From the IMG/VR virus record IMGVR_UViG_3300027983_002388: a stretch of 64,000 nt of DNA; one strand, written 5' to 3'. Within the stretch, counting starts at the first letter, position 1, and each line of letters begins with the position of its first letter. Below, piece by piece: positions 16,371 to 25,465 of the stretch. This DNA comes from a virus. Its lineage: Duplodnaviria; Caudoviricetes. The position numbers and the translations under genes were made by a program. Under the pieces are notes generated by a model. The model did no database searches and was not told the DNA's origin. It was given only the letters and a program-made list of their open reading frames with translations.

Positions 16371-17445
16371 ACAGAAAGATGTCCTGAAGCTCTTAGTGGG
16401 CAATATGGACAACCACCAGCAGCAAACTCTTGGTGGATATGCGGGGACAGGAAAATCAACAATTATTCGAGTGATGCTCGACGCCCTTCAACGAAAAGGG
16501 CGATATTTTTGCGCAGCCGCATTTACCGGCAAAGCCACGAACGTATTGCGCAAAAAGGGAATGAATGCCAATACGATTCACAGCACGATATACCAGCCGT
16601 ACAAAGACGAGCATGGCGAAACCGTGTGGTTCTTAGCTGACAAAACTGACTTAGTGTCCAAGGGCATTGACGGCTTCATTATTGATGAAGCGTCTATGGT
16701 GAGCAAGGAAATACACGACGATCTTATGTCGTTTGGCCTGCCAATTATCTATGTTGGCGATCACGGTCAACTTGAGCCTATTGGCACCAAATTCAACCTT
16801 ATGCAAAAGCCAATGTATAAGCTGGAGACGGTTCATCGAAATGCTGGTGAGATTGCATATTTTGCCGAGCATCTTCGCAAGGGCAATTCTGCCAATTCCT
16901 TCATGGGAGCAACGAAGGTTCAGATTGTTCAAGAAAAAGCAATTGAGGATCGACACCTTGCTGCCGTCGATCAAATCATCTGCGCCTTCAATAAGACTCG
17001 TGTGCAACTCAACGAGCGTGTGCGTATCGAGAAAAAGATTCAATATACATTCATTGCCAAAGGCGAGAAGGTCATTTGTTTAAGGAACAATAAGAAGCAG
17101 GGTTTGTTTAATGGGATGCAAGGCGTTGTCCAGAAAATCCACAAGAACGACCGCTTTGACTTTATATCGGATGGCAACTTCTTCGAGAAGGTCCATTACG
17201 ATCCTGACCAGTTTGGAAAAGACTCAAATAAGTTTGAGTTTTCCCAGGCAGCAAATCCATTCGATTACGCATACGCCATCACTTGCCATAAGGCTCAAGG
17301 CGACGAATGGGGCAATGTGATCGTATACGAACAGCGATGCGATAAATGGGATAACGTGCGATGGTCTTATACAGCAGCCAGTCGTGCAAAAAACGGACTG
17401 ATCTGGATCGCTGTAGAAGAGTTCCGACCCAACTATCTAGGGTAA
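16354..17445 (+). CDS. SF1B helicase (Dda/RecD-like)
   Basis: GYAGTGKS, IIDEASM, YVGDHGQL, TCHKAQG, YTAASRA. Confidence 0.9.
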   Translation: MSLTNEQKDVLKLLVGNMDNHQQQTLGGYAGTGKSTIIRVMLDALQRKGRYFCAAAFTGKATNVLRKKGMNANTIHSTIYQPYKDEHGETVWFLADKTDLVSKGIDGFIIDEASMVSKEIHDDLMSFGLPIIYVGDHGQLEPIGTKFNLMQKPMYKLETVHRNAGEIAYFAEHLRKGNSANSFMGATKVQIVQEKAIEDRHLAAVDQIICAFNKTRVQLNERVRIEKKIQYTFIAKGEKVICLRNNKKQGLFNGMQGVVQKIHKNDRFDFISDGNFFEKVHYDPDQFGKDSNKFEFSQAANPFDYAYAITCHKAQGDEWGNVIVYEQRCDKWDNVRWSYTAASRAKNGLIWIAVEEFRPNYLG

Positions 17446-17577
17446 TGTTAAAAGAACCAATCAGTAAATGTGCATCGCATTGGGCTGTGGGCGTACTCGA
17501 CACCAATCGTGCCGAATATTTCAAAGCCAAGAATTTGGAGATTAGTTTACAGATCGCCGAAATCGTGGTATCATCTA

Positions 17578-17606
17578 TCGCAAAAATCAAGCTCCACGAG
17601 TATGAT
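17578..17606 (+). promoter_or_regulatory. Sigma70-like promoter for RNase P RNA
   Basis: TCGCAA-N17-TATGAT, 4 nt upstream of P1. Confidence 0.5.
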
Positions 17607-17610
17607 ATAA

Positions 17611-17891
17611 GGGGATGCAACTTGTCGAGTCGTCGCTGTAATCCCCTCAAGGGGTTGTAGAGGAAGTTCTGGACACTACTGCTTTTAAGGTAGGAGCGAA
17701 AACCTCGAAAGGGGCTAATAGTGTTTGAACTACCGAGGGTGCAAGCCATACAGACCAAAATCTCGTAAGAGGTACGCCGGTGAGCAGGGCGTCATCATGG
17801 TCGGGTCGGTGCAGTCCGCAAGGACCGGGGGCAACTCCGAGATAAATGACGACATAGAACAGAATCCAGGCTATGGATAAGTTGCATCTCC
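17611..17891 (+). ncRNA. rnpB: RNase P RNA with a strongly reduced specificity domain
   Basis: P1 GATGCAACTTGTC/GATAAGTTGCATC, P2, P3, GAGGAAGTTCTGGA...ACAGAATCCAGGCT P4, P5 CAC/GTG, P6 CTGCT/AGCAG, P7 GGTAG/CTACC, P15-P18, AGATAAATGACGAC. Confidence 0.92.
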
Positions 17892-17915
17892 TTTTCAAGT
17901 CAAAAAGGAGATGTC

Positions 17916-18707
17916 ATGCGTGCCGAAATTGTCCACGTTACGGACCACGCTTTGTTGCGATGGAAAGAACGTGCGTCGAAAACAGGTGAAGTCAACGTAG
18001 AAGAAATCGTTCAGGCTGTAAAAGAATCCAAGGTCATCAAAAAAAACGAACCTTTGCCTTACCCGATGCCTCGTTTAGATGGATCAGTTTACAGCTTCAA
18101 TGCCGGAGTGTTGTTCATTCTCGAATCAGTAACCATTGATGAATATCGACTCGTCACAGTTATCGCCGACGAGCCGACCTATCAACGGATTGCTCGACCG
18201 CCGAAGAAACAACTTAATCCTCGAAAGAGACAGAAATACGAGGAAGTTCAAAAGGTGCAAATCGACATTCCTTGCTTTGAAAGTTTCATCGAAGAACGTC
18301 AATGGTTGACCGACGAGAAACGAAAACTCGAAAGTGAACTGGCAACAACAGCGAAGAAATCTTCCACTCGCAAAGAAATATTGAAGGTGTGGGGCGAGAT
18401 TGAAGCCCGACTCACCGAGAACAAACCTCAATATCTCGAAGAGCGGAAAAAATCAGGAGACGGATATGTTGACTATGGTTCTCTTCTTTTGCAAATTATC
18501 AGAGAGTTAAAAGAAATACGCTCTGAACAACAGGAATTACGTAACCTAATCGAAGGCTCCAATGGACAACAACCGAGATCACCGAGCAATCGGAAAAAAG
18601 CTAGACCTCTTCATGTTCAGCCCTCTATCGCCGGGTTGTCCGATCTGGCTCCCGAAGGGAGTTGTGCTTTATCAGTCTTTGCTGAACCGCATTCGTCAAC
18701 TCAATGA
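17916..18707 (+). CDS. Hypothetical protein (VTDHALLRWKER motif, coiled coil)
   Basis: ORF with AGGAG SD; 3' end overlaps thrS. Confidence 0.7.
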   Translation: MRAEIVHVTDHALLRWKERASKTGEVNVEEIVQAVKESKVIKKNEPLPYPMPRLDGSVYSFNAGVLFILESVTIDEYRLVTVIADEPTYQRIARPPKKQLNPRKRQKYEEVQKVQIDIPCFESFIEERQWLTDEKRKLESELATTAKKSSTRKEILKVWGEIEARLTENKPQYLEERKKSGDGYVDYGSLLLQIIRELKEIRSEQQELRNLIEGSNGQQPRSPSNRKKARPLHVQPSIAGLSDLAPEGSCALSVFAEPHSSTQ

Positions 18708-19785
18708 AGCCAATGGTTGCCAAGAAGTTCGGACCCCACTTATATGGAAGTCCGAACTTTATGCAACCAGCGGACACCTGGATCACTATGCAAAAAATAT
18801 GTTCTTCGTCAGTGATAAGCCTGCTGGCGAGTCCCACGAAGAAGGACATGAAGATCAGTGCTTAAAACCAATGAATTGTCCTGGGCATATGGAGATATTC
18901 CGCTCGAAACAGTGGAGCTATCGAGACTTGCCTGTTCGATTCGCTGAATATGGTCCTTTACACCGCAATGAAGTTTCTGGTGCCTTGGGTGGGCTAACTC
19001 GCTGTCGTGCATTCTGCCAGGATGACGCCCACATTTTCGTTTCGCCGGACAACCTACAAAGCGAAATCAAACGAATCCTTGTCATGATCGAAAGAGTTTA
19101 CGGATGGTTTGGAATGAAGTTCCGATCCGTACTCAGCACTCGTCCTTATAACTTCATGGGCGAGAAGTTGGTTTGGGATAATGCTGAGGCGAACCTCGAA
19201 GATGCTTTATGCGAAAATGGATTGAAGTTCGAGATTGCCCATAAAGACGGTGCGTTTTATGGTCCAAAAATAGACTTCATTGTGACTGATTCCCTTGGAC
19301 GTGATTGGCAAACAGCAACAATCCAATTGGACTTCCAGTTGCCTCAAAGATTCGGTTGTACCTATACCGACAAGGACGACAAAGAGCAAACTCCAATTGT
19401 CATTCACAGAGCAATATACGGCAGCTTTGAAAGATTCATTGGTGTATTGTTGGAACATACTGACGGGCATCTACCATTATGGTTGGCTCCTGTTGGTGTA
19501 ACCATTGCACCAATCAGCGACAAAGTTGCTGAATACGCTGATGAGATCAAAGAGGTTTTGCTTGCTCATGGAATTCGGTGTGAATGCGATCACTCGAATC
19601 GAACTCTGCAACAGAAGATTGCCATCGGGTACGATAAAAAAGTACCCTACATGGTCATCTTGGGAGAGAAAGAAAAATCCGCAAGAACCGTTACCCTCAA
19701 ACAAATGAGATCAACTGCTGTCGCACAGGAAACCTTATCTTTGGAAGTATTCCTTCCTCAGATGGTCGCACTGGCGAAAGAGTAA
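18562..19785 (+). CDS. thrS: Threonyl-tRNA synthetase, catalytic and anticodon domains only
   Basis: RDHRAIG, LKPMNCPGH, HRNEVSGALGGLTRCR, AFYGPKID, TIQLDF, VIHRAIYGSFERF. Confidence 0.95.
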   Translation: MDNNRDHRAIGKKLDLFMFSPLSPGCPIWLPKGVVLYQSLLNRIRQLNEANGCQEVRTPLIWKSELYATSGHLDHYAKNMFFVSDKPAGESHEEGHEDQCLKPMNCPGHMEIFRSKQWSYRDLPVRFAEYGPLHRNEVSGALGGLTRCRAFCQDDAHIFVSPDNLQSEIKRILVMIERVYGWFGMKFRSVLSTRPYNFMGEKLVWDNAEANLEDALCENGLKFEIAHKDGAFYGPKIDFIVTDSLGRDWQTATIQLDFQLPQRFGCTYTDKDDKEQTPIVIHRAIYGSFERFIGVLLEHTDGHLPLWLAPVGVTIAPISDKVAEYADEIKEVLLAHGIRCECDHSNRTLQQKIAIGYDKKVPYMVILGEKEKSARTVTLKQMRSTAVAQETLSLEVFLPQMVALAKE

Positions 19786-19868
19786 GCCAAGGATGAGTGA
19801 TACATAATGTTGTATGAGGTACGACATTATTCAAAATTTACCCTTCCGAATATATTTGTTGGAAGTAG

Positions 19869-20084
19869 ATGGAACTACACAATATTGGATACATCGATGA
19901 CGATTTCCGAACGGACCTGCGTACATTCAGTGCCACGTCCAAAAATTCAAGCCCTGATTCAATCATCAAGGGCTTGAACGCTTTCCTGGAAAGTGAAGGA
20001 TACATCAACGTCGCCGAGTTGGTTTCCGAAGAATACAAAGCTGGCGTCGTCAGCATTCGATCACGACTCATAGAAAGAGACTAA
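19869..20084 (+). CDS. Hypothetical protein
   Basis: ORF track. Confidence 0.55.
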   Translation: MELHNIGYIDDDFRTDLRTFSATSKNSSPDSIIKGLNAFLESEGYINVAELVSEEYKAGVVSIRSRLIERD

Positions 20085-20086
20085 TC

Positions 20087-21043
20087 ATGTCAGAGCATAT
20101 TGAGTTCACGCCCAATGGACTCGTGCTTCATAAGTGGAACGGCAACAAGCGTAAGTTTGTTCGCAAGCGTCCCAAGAAACTGAGCATCATTACTCATCTT
20201 AGATCTCGCTGCGAGATTGCCGAAGGCACTACCCTGAAGCAAATCTTCGAGACGGTTGACAAATACAAGTTTCTGAAATTGGTGATTTCCCAATATTCAT
20301 GGTGCCGTCAATTGGACGCATTCCACGCACAGGCTCAAGAACCTATGCGTGACGATCCAGATGATACTGATCCGCTTGAATATCTGGAACTCTATCATCA
20401 TCCCGAAGTTTACAAGTTAACGGAAAAGAAGAAACACCCTGGTGGTATGCGTGAACGCACCATTACCGTTGACTTCGACACGTCAGTTGGGTTCCACGGC
20501 ATTGGTCCCACCAAAGAAGAAGACGGTTTAGCCAACCGTACAGACGGGAAGACCAATTATTCCGTGTCTTATAGTCCCATGTGGAAGTTGGCTGATTTGC
20601 CGGTCAAACTCAACAAGACATTTGACGTATATGAACCTTTCGATACCAACAACCCTCGCAAAAAACCCGAAAAGCTGCTGACTGCTACTCGTGAATATAC
20701 TCTCCTGGAAGTCCTCGATGCCATCTATTGGGACATTTCCTTTATGGGCGGTCCCGAAGATAACGCTAATTTTCTGGATAACATGAAAGAAACGGTGGAT
20801 CAAATCAAAAACGGCGAAGTGCCGATGATCCCCATTGAACAAGTTTTCACCGACATGAAAGAAGACATGTCGGAAGAAGGCGAACCCAAACCGATGAAAA
20901 TTTTGATGCACCCGGATGTTGCCAGATTCTTCGGCTGCGACCCCGATAGCATCCCGTTGGATGACAAAGAAATCATTCGCAACGAAATCATTCGCAACGA
21001 AATCATTCGCAACGAAATCATTCGCAACGACGATGAGTCTTGA
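20087..21043 (+). CDS. Hypothetical phage protein with a C-terminal (EIIRN)x4 repeat
   Basis: 318-aa ORF. Confidence 0.75.
   Translation: MSEHIEFTPNGLVLHKWNGNKRKFVRKRPKKLSIITHLRSRCEIAEGTTLKQIFETVDKYKFLKLVISQYSWCRQLDAFHAQAQEPMRDDPDDTDPLEYLELYHHPEVYKLTEKKKHPGGMRERTITVDFDTSVGFHGIGPTKEEDGLANRTDGKTNYSVSYSPMWKLADLPVKLNKTFDVYEPFDTNNPRKKPEKLLTATREYTLLEVLDAIYWDISFMGGPEDNANFLDNMKETVDQIKNGEVPMIPIEQVFTDMKEDMSEEGEPKPMKILMHPDVARFFGCDPDSIPLDDKEIIRNEIIRNEIIRNEIIRNDDES
20969..21030 (+). repeat. 15-bp tandem repeat x4
   Basis: GAAATCATTCGCAAC, four identical copies. Confidence 0.95.
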
Positions 21044-21068
21044 CACTTCTTTTTGTTTGCTGTACAGT
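21040..21068 (+). promoter_or_regulatory. Sigma70-like promoter
   Basis: TTGACA-N17-TACAGT. Confidence 0.6.
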
Positions 21069-21088
21069 GACTTCAAGAAAGGAAGCGT

Positions 21089-21460
21089 GTCATCGTAGTC
21101 AAAGAAATTCTAAATGCTGGCGGCGTTTGTCCTTTCTAGGTCGAAGGAAAAACAGATAAAGGTGAAGAGATATACGCCCGTTATCGCTGGGGTCGATTAA
21201 GAGTCGAGGTTACTCATGGTGACGGTGAACGTGAAGTCATTTTCACCAAGCAGGTTGGCGAAGACCAAGACGACGAAGAAATAAACAAAATGCGAGCAGC
21301 CGGAATGAGCGAGGAGCGTCTCACTCAAATGGCTGAAACTTTCAAAAACGTACGTGCCTATTCCGAAGGTGAGCCTCTTTGTTTCGACGGATATATGGAC
21401 ATGGACAAACTCCGTGTTGCTACCGAAGGCGAAATAGAGTGGCCAGATTTTGAGGAATAA
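21089..21460 (+). pseudogene. Phage hypothetical gene interrupted by an in-frame TAG
   Basis: ...GGVCPF*VEGKTDKGEEIYARYRWGRL... open for 124 codons except TAG at 21137; no in-frame start. Confidence 0.55.
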
Positions 21461-21489
21461 CTAATGTGGCCTTTCACCAGGAGAAAAAA

Positions 21490-21999
21490 ATGGGTGGTAT
21501 TAACGAGTCTGTTCTTGAGTCCGACGATAAGGGTGGAAAGAAGAAAAAAGATGCTGGTGCTGCTAGTCCCAGCATGGACGGAACAATCCTTGCACCTGAC
21601 CACGTTCAACCGCCTACGAACGTGGTCCCGCCGTTGTTGAGGCGGAAACCGCCGTCCTGGCCAAGGCGGAAACCGCCGTTAAACTTGCATGACGAGCAAG
21701 AAACTGGCGTTCCAATGCAGACTCAGGCTATTCGACAACATATGAATAATGGACAAGTCCATTTGCATGTAGATTTGCCACAGCCTCTCAAAGCTGCTGT
21801 GCCAGTTGCCGAATGGTTCGTCATCATGCGACATCTGCGTTCCTTGAACCCATTCACCTTTGTCGATGCAGAAAACAAGTGCGTGGCGTATTTACGCCCT
21901 TACGTTCATGGCGGTCTATTCGAGGTCGTCATTGAATTGGCTCCAATTGAAATTGGGCCTCGTTTCAACGATATGAATGCCGTCACTGGCAAGAGATAA
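21490..21999 (+). CDS. Hypothetical protein
   Basis: ORF; AGGAG SD before ATG 21490. Confidence 0.7.
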   Translation: MGGINESVLESDDKGGKKKKDAGAASPSMDGTILAPDHVQPPTNVVPPLLRRKPPSWPRRKPPLNLHDEQETGVPMQTQAIRQHMNNGQVHLHVDLPQPLKAAVPVAEWFVIMRHLRSLNPFTFVDAENKCVAYLRPYVHGGLFEVVIELAPIEIGPRFNDMNAVTGKR

Positions 22000-22007
22000 G
22001 GTGACTA

Positions 22008-22385
22008 ATGGACAACAAAATATGGCAGGAATTTTACTGCGGCGAGTGTTCGGGCTATTTCCGTGTCAGATTGAACATGGCCCTGACTATCGGCGTAGAA
22101 ATCGTTTGCCCCAAGTGCAAACATAAACACCATCGCTTCATTAAGGATGGAACGATATACGAAAATGGTCGCAGAGAAAATGGGGCCAAGGAAGAAATCT
22201 GCCCGCCTTTGTCGGCTTACAGCAAAGAACCACTGACGGCCAAGATGAGATCGGCCACGGGGTATAGTGGTCGCAGGGACGGAGTGAAGATTGAGAAAGA
22301 AGAAGACCTCAACGAACGCAGTCCCATTGCCGATGCAATGATTAAAGAACGATGGTTCGAGTTATATGGAGGTAACATCAATTGA
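22008..22385 (+). CDS. Zn-ribbon protein
   Basis: CGEC and CPKC motifs. Confidence 0.7.
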   Translation: MDNKIWQEFYCGECSGYFRVRLNMALTIGVEIVCPKCKHKHHRFIKDGTIYENGRRENGAKEEICPPLSAYSKEPLTAKMRSATGYSGRRDGVKIEKEEDLNERSPIADAMIKERWFELYGGNIN

Positions 22386-22660
22386 AAAAGTTCTACGACC
22401 CTCATCCTGGTGCGAGCATAGCATTGCCAGAAATTATTTCCCTTGTAGCCAAGGGAATCAGCGGCAAAGAAATGGAAATTGCCGATGTTGTCAGAATCAT
22501 TCAAGATGCTGCCGATACTTTGGTGGCAGACGGTTCTTTTGGTGACGCCAAAGTCGAAGACCAAAAAGACTACATCAGTCTTACCCTGGTTGAAGGAGAA
22601 GGTGGTGCCGAGGACTTTCCGAGGCACTCATTCAGAGTCATTCGATATAAGGAAAAGTAA
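22382..22660 (+). CDS. Hypothetical protein
   Basis: Coupled ORF. Confidence 0.65.
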   Translation: MKKFYDPHPGASIALPEIISLVAKGISGKEMEIADVVRIIQDAADTLVADGSFGDAKVEDQKDYISLTLVEGEGGAEDFPRHSFRVIRYKEK

Positions 22661-23035
22661 ATGACCGCCACAGTAGATCGTGAAATCGACGCTGCAATGC
22701 TTCGAGTAGGCAATAAACCCGGCAATCTGTCGGCCAAGATCAGGATTCCCGACATTTTGGGAATCATGGATGATCCATCACAAAAGGCACCCGAAGGGTT
22801 CGGTTGTTTCCGCATCATGACGCCAAAAGACGGCGACAAGCGTGTGGTGTGGGATAGCCGAGACTTCGCTCAAATCAGTGAAGCAAAAACAATGTTCGAC
22901 GAACTGGTCGTCCAAGGACTTGTTCCATATTGTGTGGGAGTAAACGGTCGAGCTTCATCAGAAGTCATGGCTGAGTTCGATCCTTACGCCGAAGAGATCA
23001 TCTTTCTCCCCGTAGCAATGGTTGCAGGAGGTTAA
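22661..23035 (+). CDS. Hypothetical protein
   Basis: Coupled ORF. Confidence 0.7.
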   Translation: MTATVDREIDAAMLRVGNKPGNLSAKIRIPDILGIMDDPSQKAPEGFGCFRIMTPKDGDKRVVWDSRDFAQISEAKTMFDELVVQGLVPYCVGVNGRASSEVMAEFDPYAEEIIFLPVAMVAGG

Positions 23036-23036
23036 T

Positions 23037-23870
23037 ATGGCCACAAGTGGATACTTGATACTCGGTAACAACAAATACACTGTAGGTAGTTGTGAAATCA
23101 CCTACGATTGTAATCCTGCTGCAACCTCCAGTTGTAATTCTTGGGTCAATTACGATTATGGCACCGGAACAGCCAGCCCTCGCATCAAAGTGAAGGCATA
23201 CCGTGCTGACCCTTGGTCTACTGGAAATGTCTATCGTGTTGCTTCGACAGCTACTACGGCGTGTACCATTCAATTGAATAATTGGGGCTGGAGCGATAAC
23301 GATTGCTCTGTTGAATACGAATACGAATGGTATGGAGTTGCCGCCAAGCCGATGTCGGCTGAAGAAAAGAAAGCCTATGAGGAAAAACGGCTCAAAGAAC
23401 GGTTTTCTCAAATCATCCAAGGTCGGTGTGCGCCGAATATCGCTATTCGGCAAAATACAAAACGGCAACCCTTGCCGTTGCCTGCGGATATTCGAGAACA
23501 ACGAGCGAGAGAAACGCTGCGAAGGGTTATTGGAGATCAGAAGTACGTCAACTTCATCAAGCACGGGTTTATCTCAGTGAAGGGTAGAAGTGGATTGGTC
23601 TACCAAATCTTCACTGGACAAGGTATAACCCATGTGTTCGACCAGGGCAACTTGGTTGAACGATTGTGCGTCGTACTTCAGGGCAGCTTCCCACCCACTG
23701 ACTCGCTTATTATGAGATATCTACTCATCCTAAATAATGAGCAGCAGTTCCGATCCCTCGCCATCAAGCACTCGATCTCTGGATACGAGCGCTCCCGCCA
23801 AGTTAATGGCCCTGCGGAAATTAAGCCGCTTGCGGAACTCTTCAAGGAATTGAAGTCCAAAGTTGCATAA
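23037..23870 (+). CDS. Hypothetical phage protein
   Basis: GGAGG SD; 277-aa ORF. Confidence 0.75.
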   Translation: MATSGYLILGNNKYTVGSCEITYDCNPAATSSCNSWVNYDYGTGTASPRIKVKAYRADPWSTGNVYRVASTATTACTIQLNNWGWSDNDCSVEYEYEWYGVAAKPMSAEEKKAYEEKRLKERFSQIIQGRCAPNIAIRQNTKRQPLPLPADIREQRARETLRRVIGDQKYVNFIKHGFISVKGRSGLVYQIFTGQGITHVFDQGNLVERLCVVLQGSFPPTDSLIMRYLLILNNEQQFRSLAIKHSISGYERSRQVNGPAEIKPLAELFKELKSKVA

Positions 23871-23888
23871 CTCTGAAGATGAAACACG

Positions 23889-23920
23889 AAATAGCCAGGG
23901 ATAAAACCCTGGCTATTTTT
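23889..23920 (+). terminator. Intrinsic terminator
   Basis: AAATAGCCAGGG/CCCTGGCTATTT followed by T-run. Confidence 0.8.
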
Positions 23921-23931
23921 ATATATAAGGC

Positions 23932-24390
23932 ATGAATTTTAAGAAATGGCTCCTCATAGAGCATGAACAAAATGTCAATCTACAGCAAGCAATCCAAATT
24001 GCTACGGCTCATAATGGACCTATTTCTGCAAAAGAAATGCGTATAGACACATTGCAGAATGCCGCTCGTTTAGAGAAGTCGATATCATTTGATTCAGAAT
24101 TCGCCGTAGCTAATATCGGCAGAAGAATTCAAGGATATGACATGCAACGAGTAATGCAGATGATTGGGGTCATGTTTCAAGCATTGAACCTACCTGCTCC
24201 CCAAGACCCACGACAGATCGACAAGCAAGTGGTTCAACAGCATGTTCCTAAAATCAAAGAGATGTTGCCACCGATCATTGTTAGCGTAATGCCAGATGAA
24301 TCCTATGATCTGGATGACGGCAACCACAGATTAGGCTGTGCGAGAGTTTTGGGGCTTCTAACCATGAAAGCCTTTGTAATCCGTGATTAG
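23932..24390 (+). CDS. ParB/Srx-like domain protein with a CTS-like N-terminus (MNFKKWLLIEHE)
   Basis: PIIVS...DLDDGNHRL; ATATATAA 3 nt upstream. Confidence 0.7.
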   Translation: MNFKKWLLIEHEQNVNLQQAIQIATAHNGPISAKEMRIDTLQNAARLEKSISFDSEFAVANIGRRIQGYDMQRVMQMIGVMFQALNLPAPQDPRQIDKQVVQQHVPKIKEMLPPIIVSVMPDESYDLDDGNHRLGCARVLGLLTMKAFVIRD

Positions 24391-24405
24391 AAACATTAAA
24401 GCACG

Positions 24406-24437
24406 AAAAAGTCAGGGATGTATCCCTGACTTTTTTT
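24406..24437. terminator. Intrinsic terminator (possibly bidirectional)
   Basis: AAAAAGTCAGGGA-TGTA-TCCCTGACTTTTTTT. Confidence 0.8.
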
Positions 24438-24520
24438 ATTGGTCGTCCAAACTAATTTAGTCAGCATATAAATTAGAAGCCCAATTACGGATCAAAATCG
24501 AGGAAAATATGGCAACCGGC

Positions 24521-24575
24521 TATTGTTATTGTTATTGTTATTGTTATTGATCTTGATCTTGATCTTGATCTTGAT
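24521..24575. repeat. Compound hexamer microsatellite (TATTGT)n-(ATCTTG)n
   Basis: Seen directly; intergenic. Confidence 0.9.
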
Positions 24576-24597
24576 TTTATATTTTTGATCCGATAAG

Positions 24598-25017
24598 ATG
24601 GGATTTTTCGCCACCATCGCAATTTTCAATGAGACCGACATGCCAACCAAATACTCAGAACGACTGATTCTCCCCTCTGATGGCTCCGAAGAAATTGTAT
24701 TCAAAACAAAAAATGGCTTGACAATCGCCACTGGCTACAGAAAAGTGAATTTTAGCGAAAAAAAGCCACTTATCGAGTTTGTAGACTCAATGATTGAAAA
24801 AGAAAATATCTTCATGCCGCTGAACCAGCAGTGGAAAGAGAAAAACCCATCTATCCAATATGCTGAATATCGCAGCCGGGATTATTGCAATATCAGGATT
24901 TTGAGAGATAAAACAAATGGCAGGTTTTACATCTCGCCCTTTGATCTCATTTCTGATGAAATCCCCGTATTGATCTCACCACTGCGGCGTAAAAAAACCA
25001 TTCTCGCCATAGCCTAA
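24598..25017 (+). CDS. Hypothetical protein
   Basis: ORF track. Confidence 0.65.
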   Translation: MGFFATIAIFNETDMPTKYSERLILPSDGSEEIVFKTKNGLTIATGYRKVNFSEKKPLIEFVDSMIEKENIFMPLNQQWKEKNPSIQYAEYRSRDYCNIRILRDKTNGRFYISPFDLISDEIPVLISPLRRKKTILAIA

Positions 25018-25072
25018 CCAGCATGATTTACGATGCCAGAAAGAAAACTGATGTTGGAATCATAAATACAGC

Positions 25073-25411
25073 ATGGCAGACTTTGAATATATCGGAAGTG
25101 GTGGCGCTGAAACACTTGGCTGTGCCGAATACAGTATGCAGGTGTACTACACCTACGCATTTGAAGTAGGTTCTATCGTATATCTTAAACATAAAGCAAA
25201 AAAAGGAATTTTGGAACGTGTTGCCATCAAACGAATATTCATTCGTCAAAACAAGGCAACTTGGGGACAACCAATATTCATTTATCAAGACACCTTAAAC
25301 TCGTTGTATAACGAAGCAGACCTAGTGACTCATCAGCAGGCCGTCGATTTGACATTGATCTACCATGAAAATATTCAACTCAACACCCTGGCCGCTCTAA
25401 GATTGTGCTAG
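25073..25411 (+). CDS. Hypothetical protein, possibly late
   Basis: CATAAATACAGC-ATG upstream. Confidence 0.65.
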   Translation: MADFEYIGSGGAETLGCAEYSMQVYYTYAFEVGSIVYLKHKAKKGILERVAIKRIFIRQNKATWGQPIFIYQDTLNSLYNEADLVTHQQAVDLTLIYHENIQLNTLAALRLC

Positions 25412-25465
25412 ACCGACATCCATCTTCAAGTTACAATACAATATCCATTTTGACAACTTCAGGAG

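Noticed and set aside
21137-21139. Genome-wide TAG-to-Gln recoding
   Set aside because: uvsW, the polA-like gene and others end at TAG at natural positions, and no suppressor tRNA is seen in the window.
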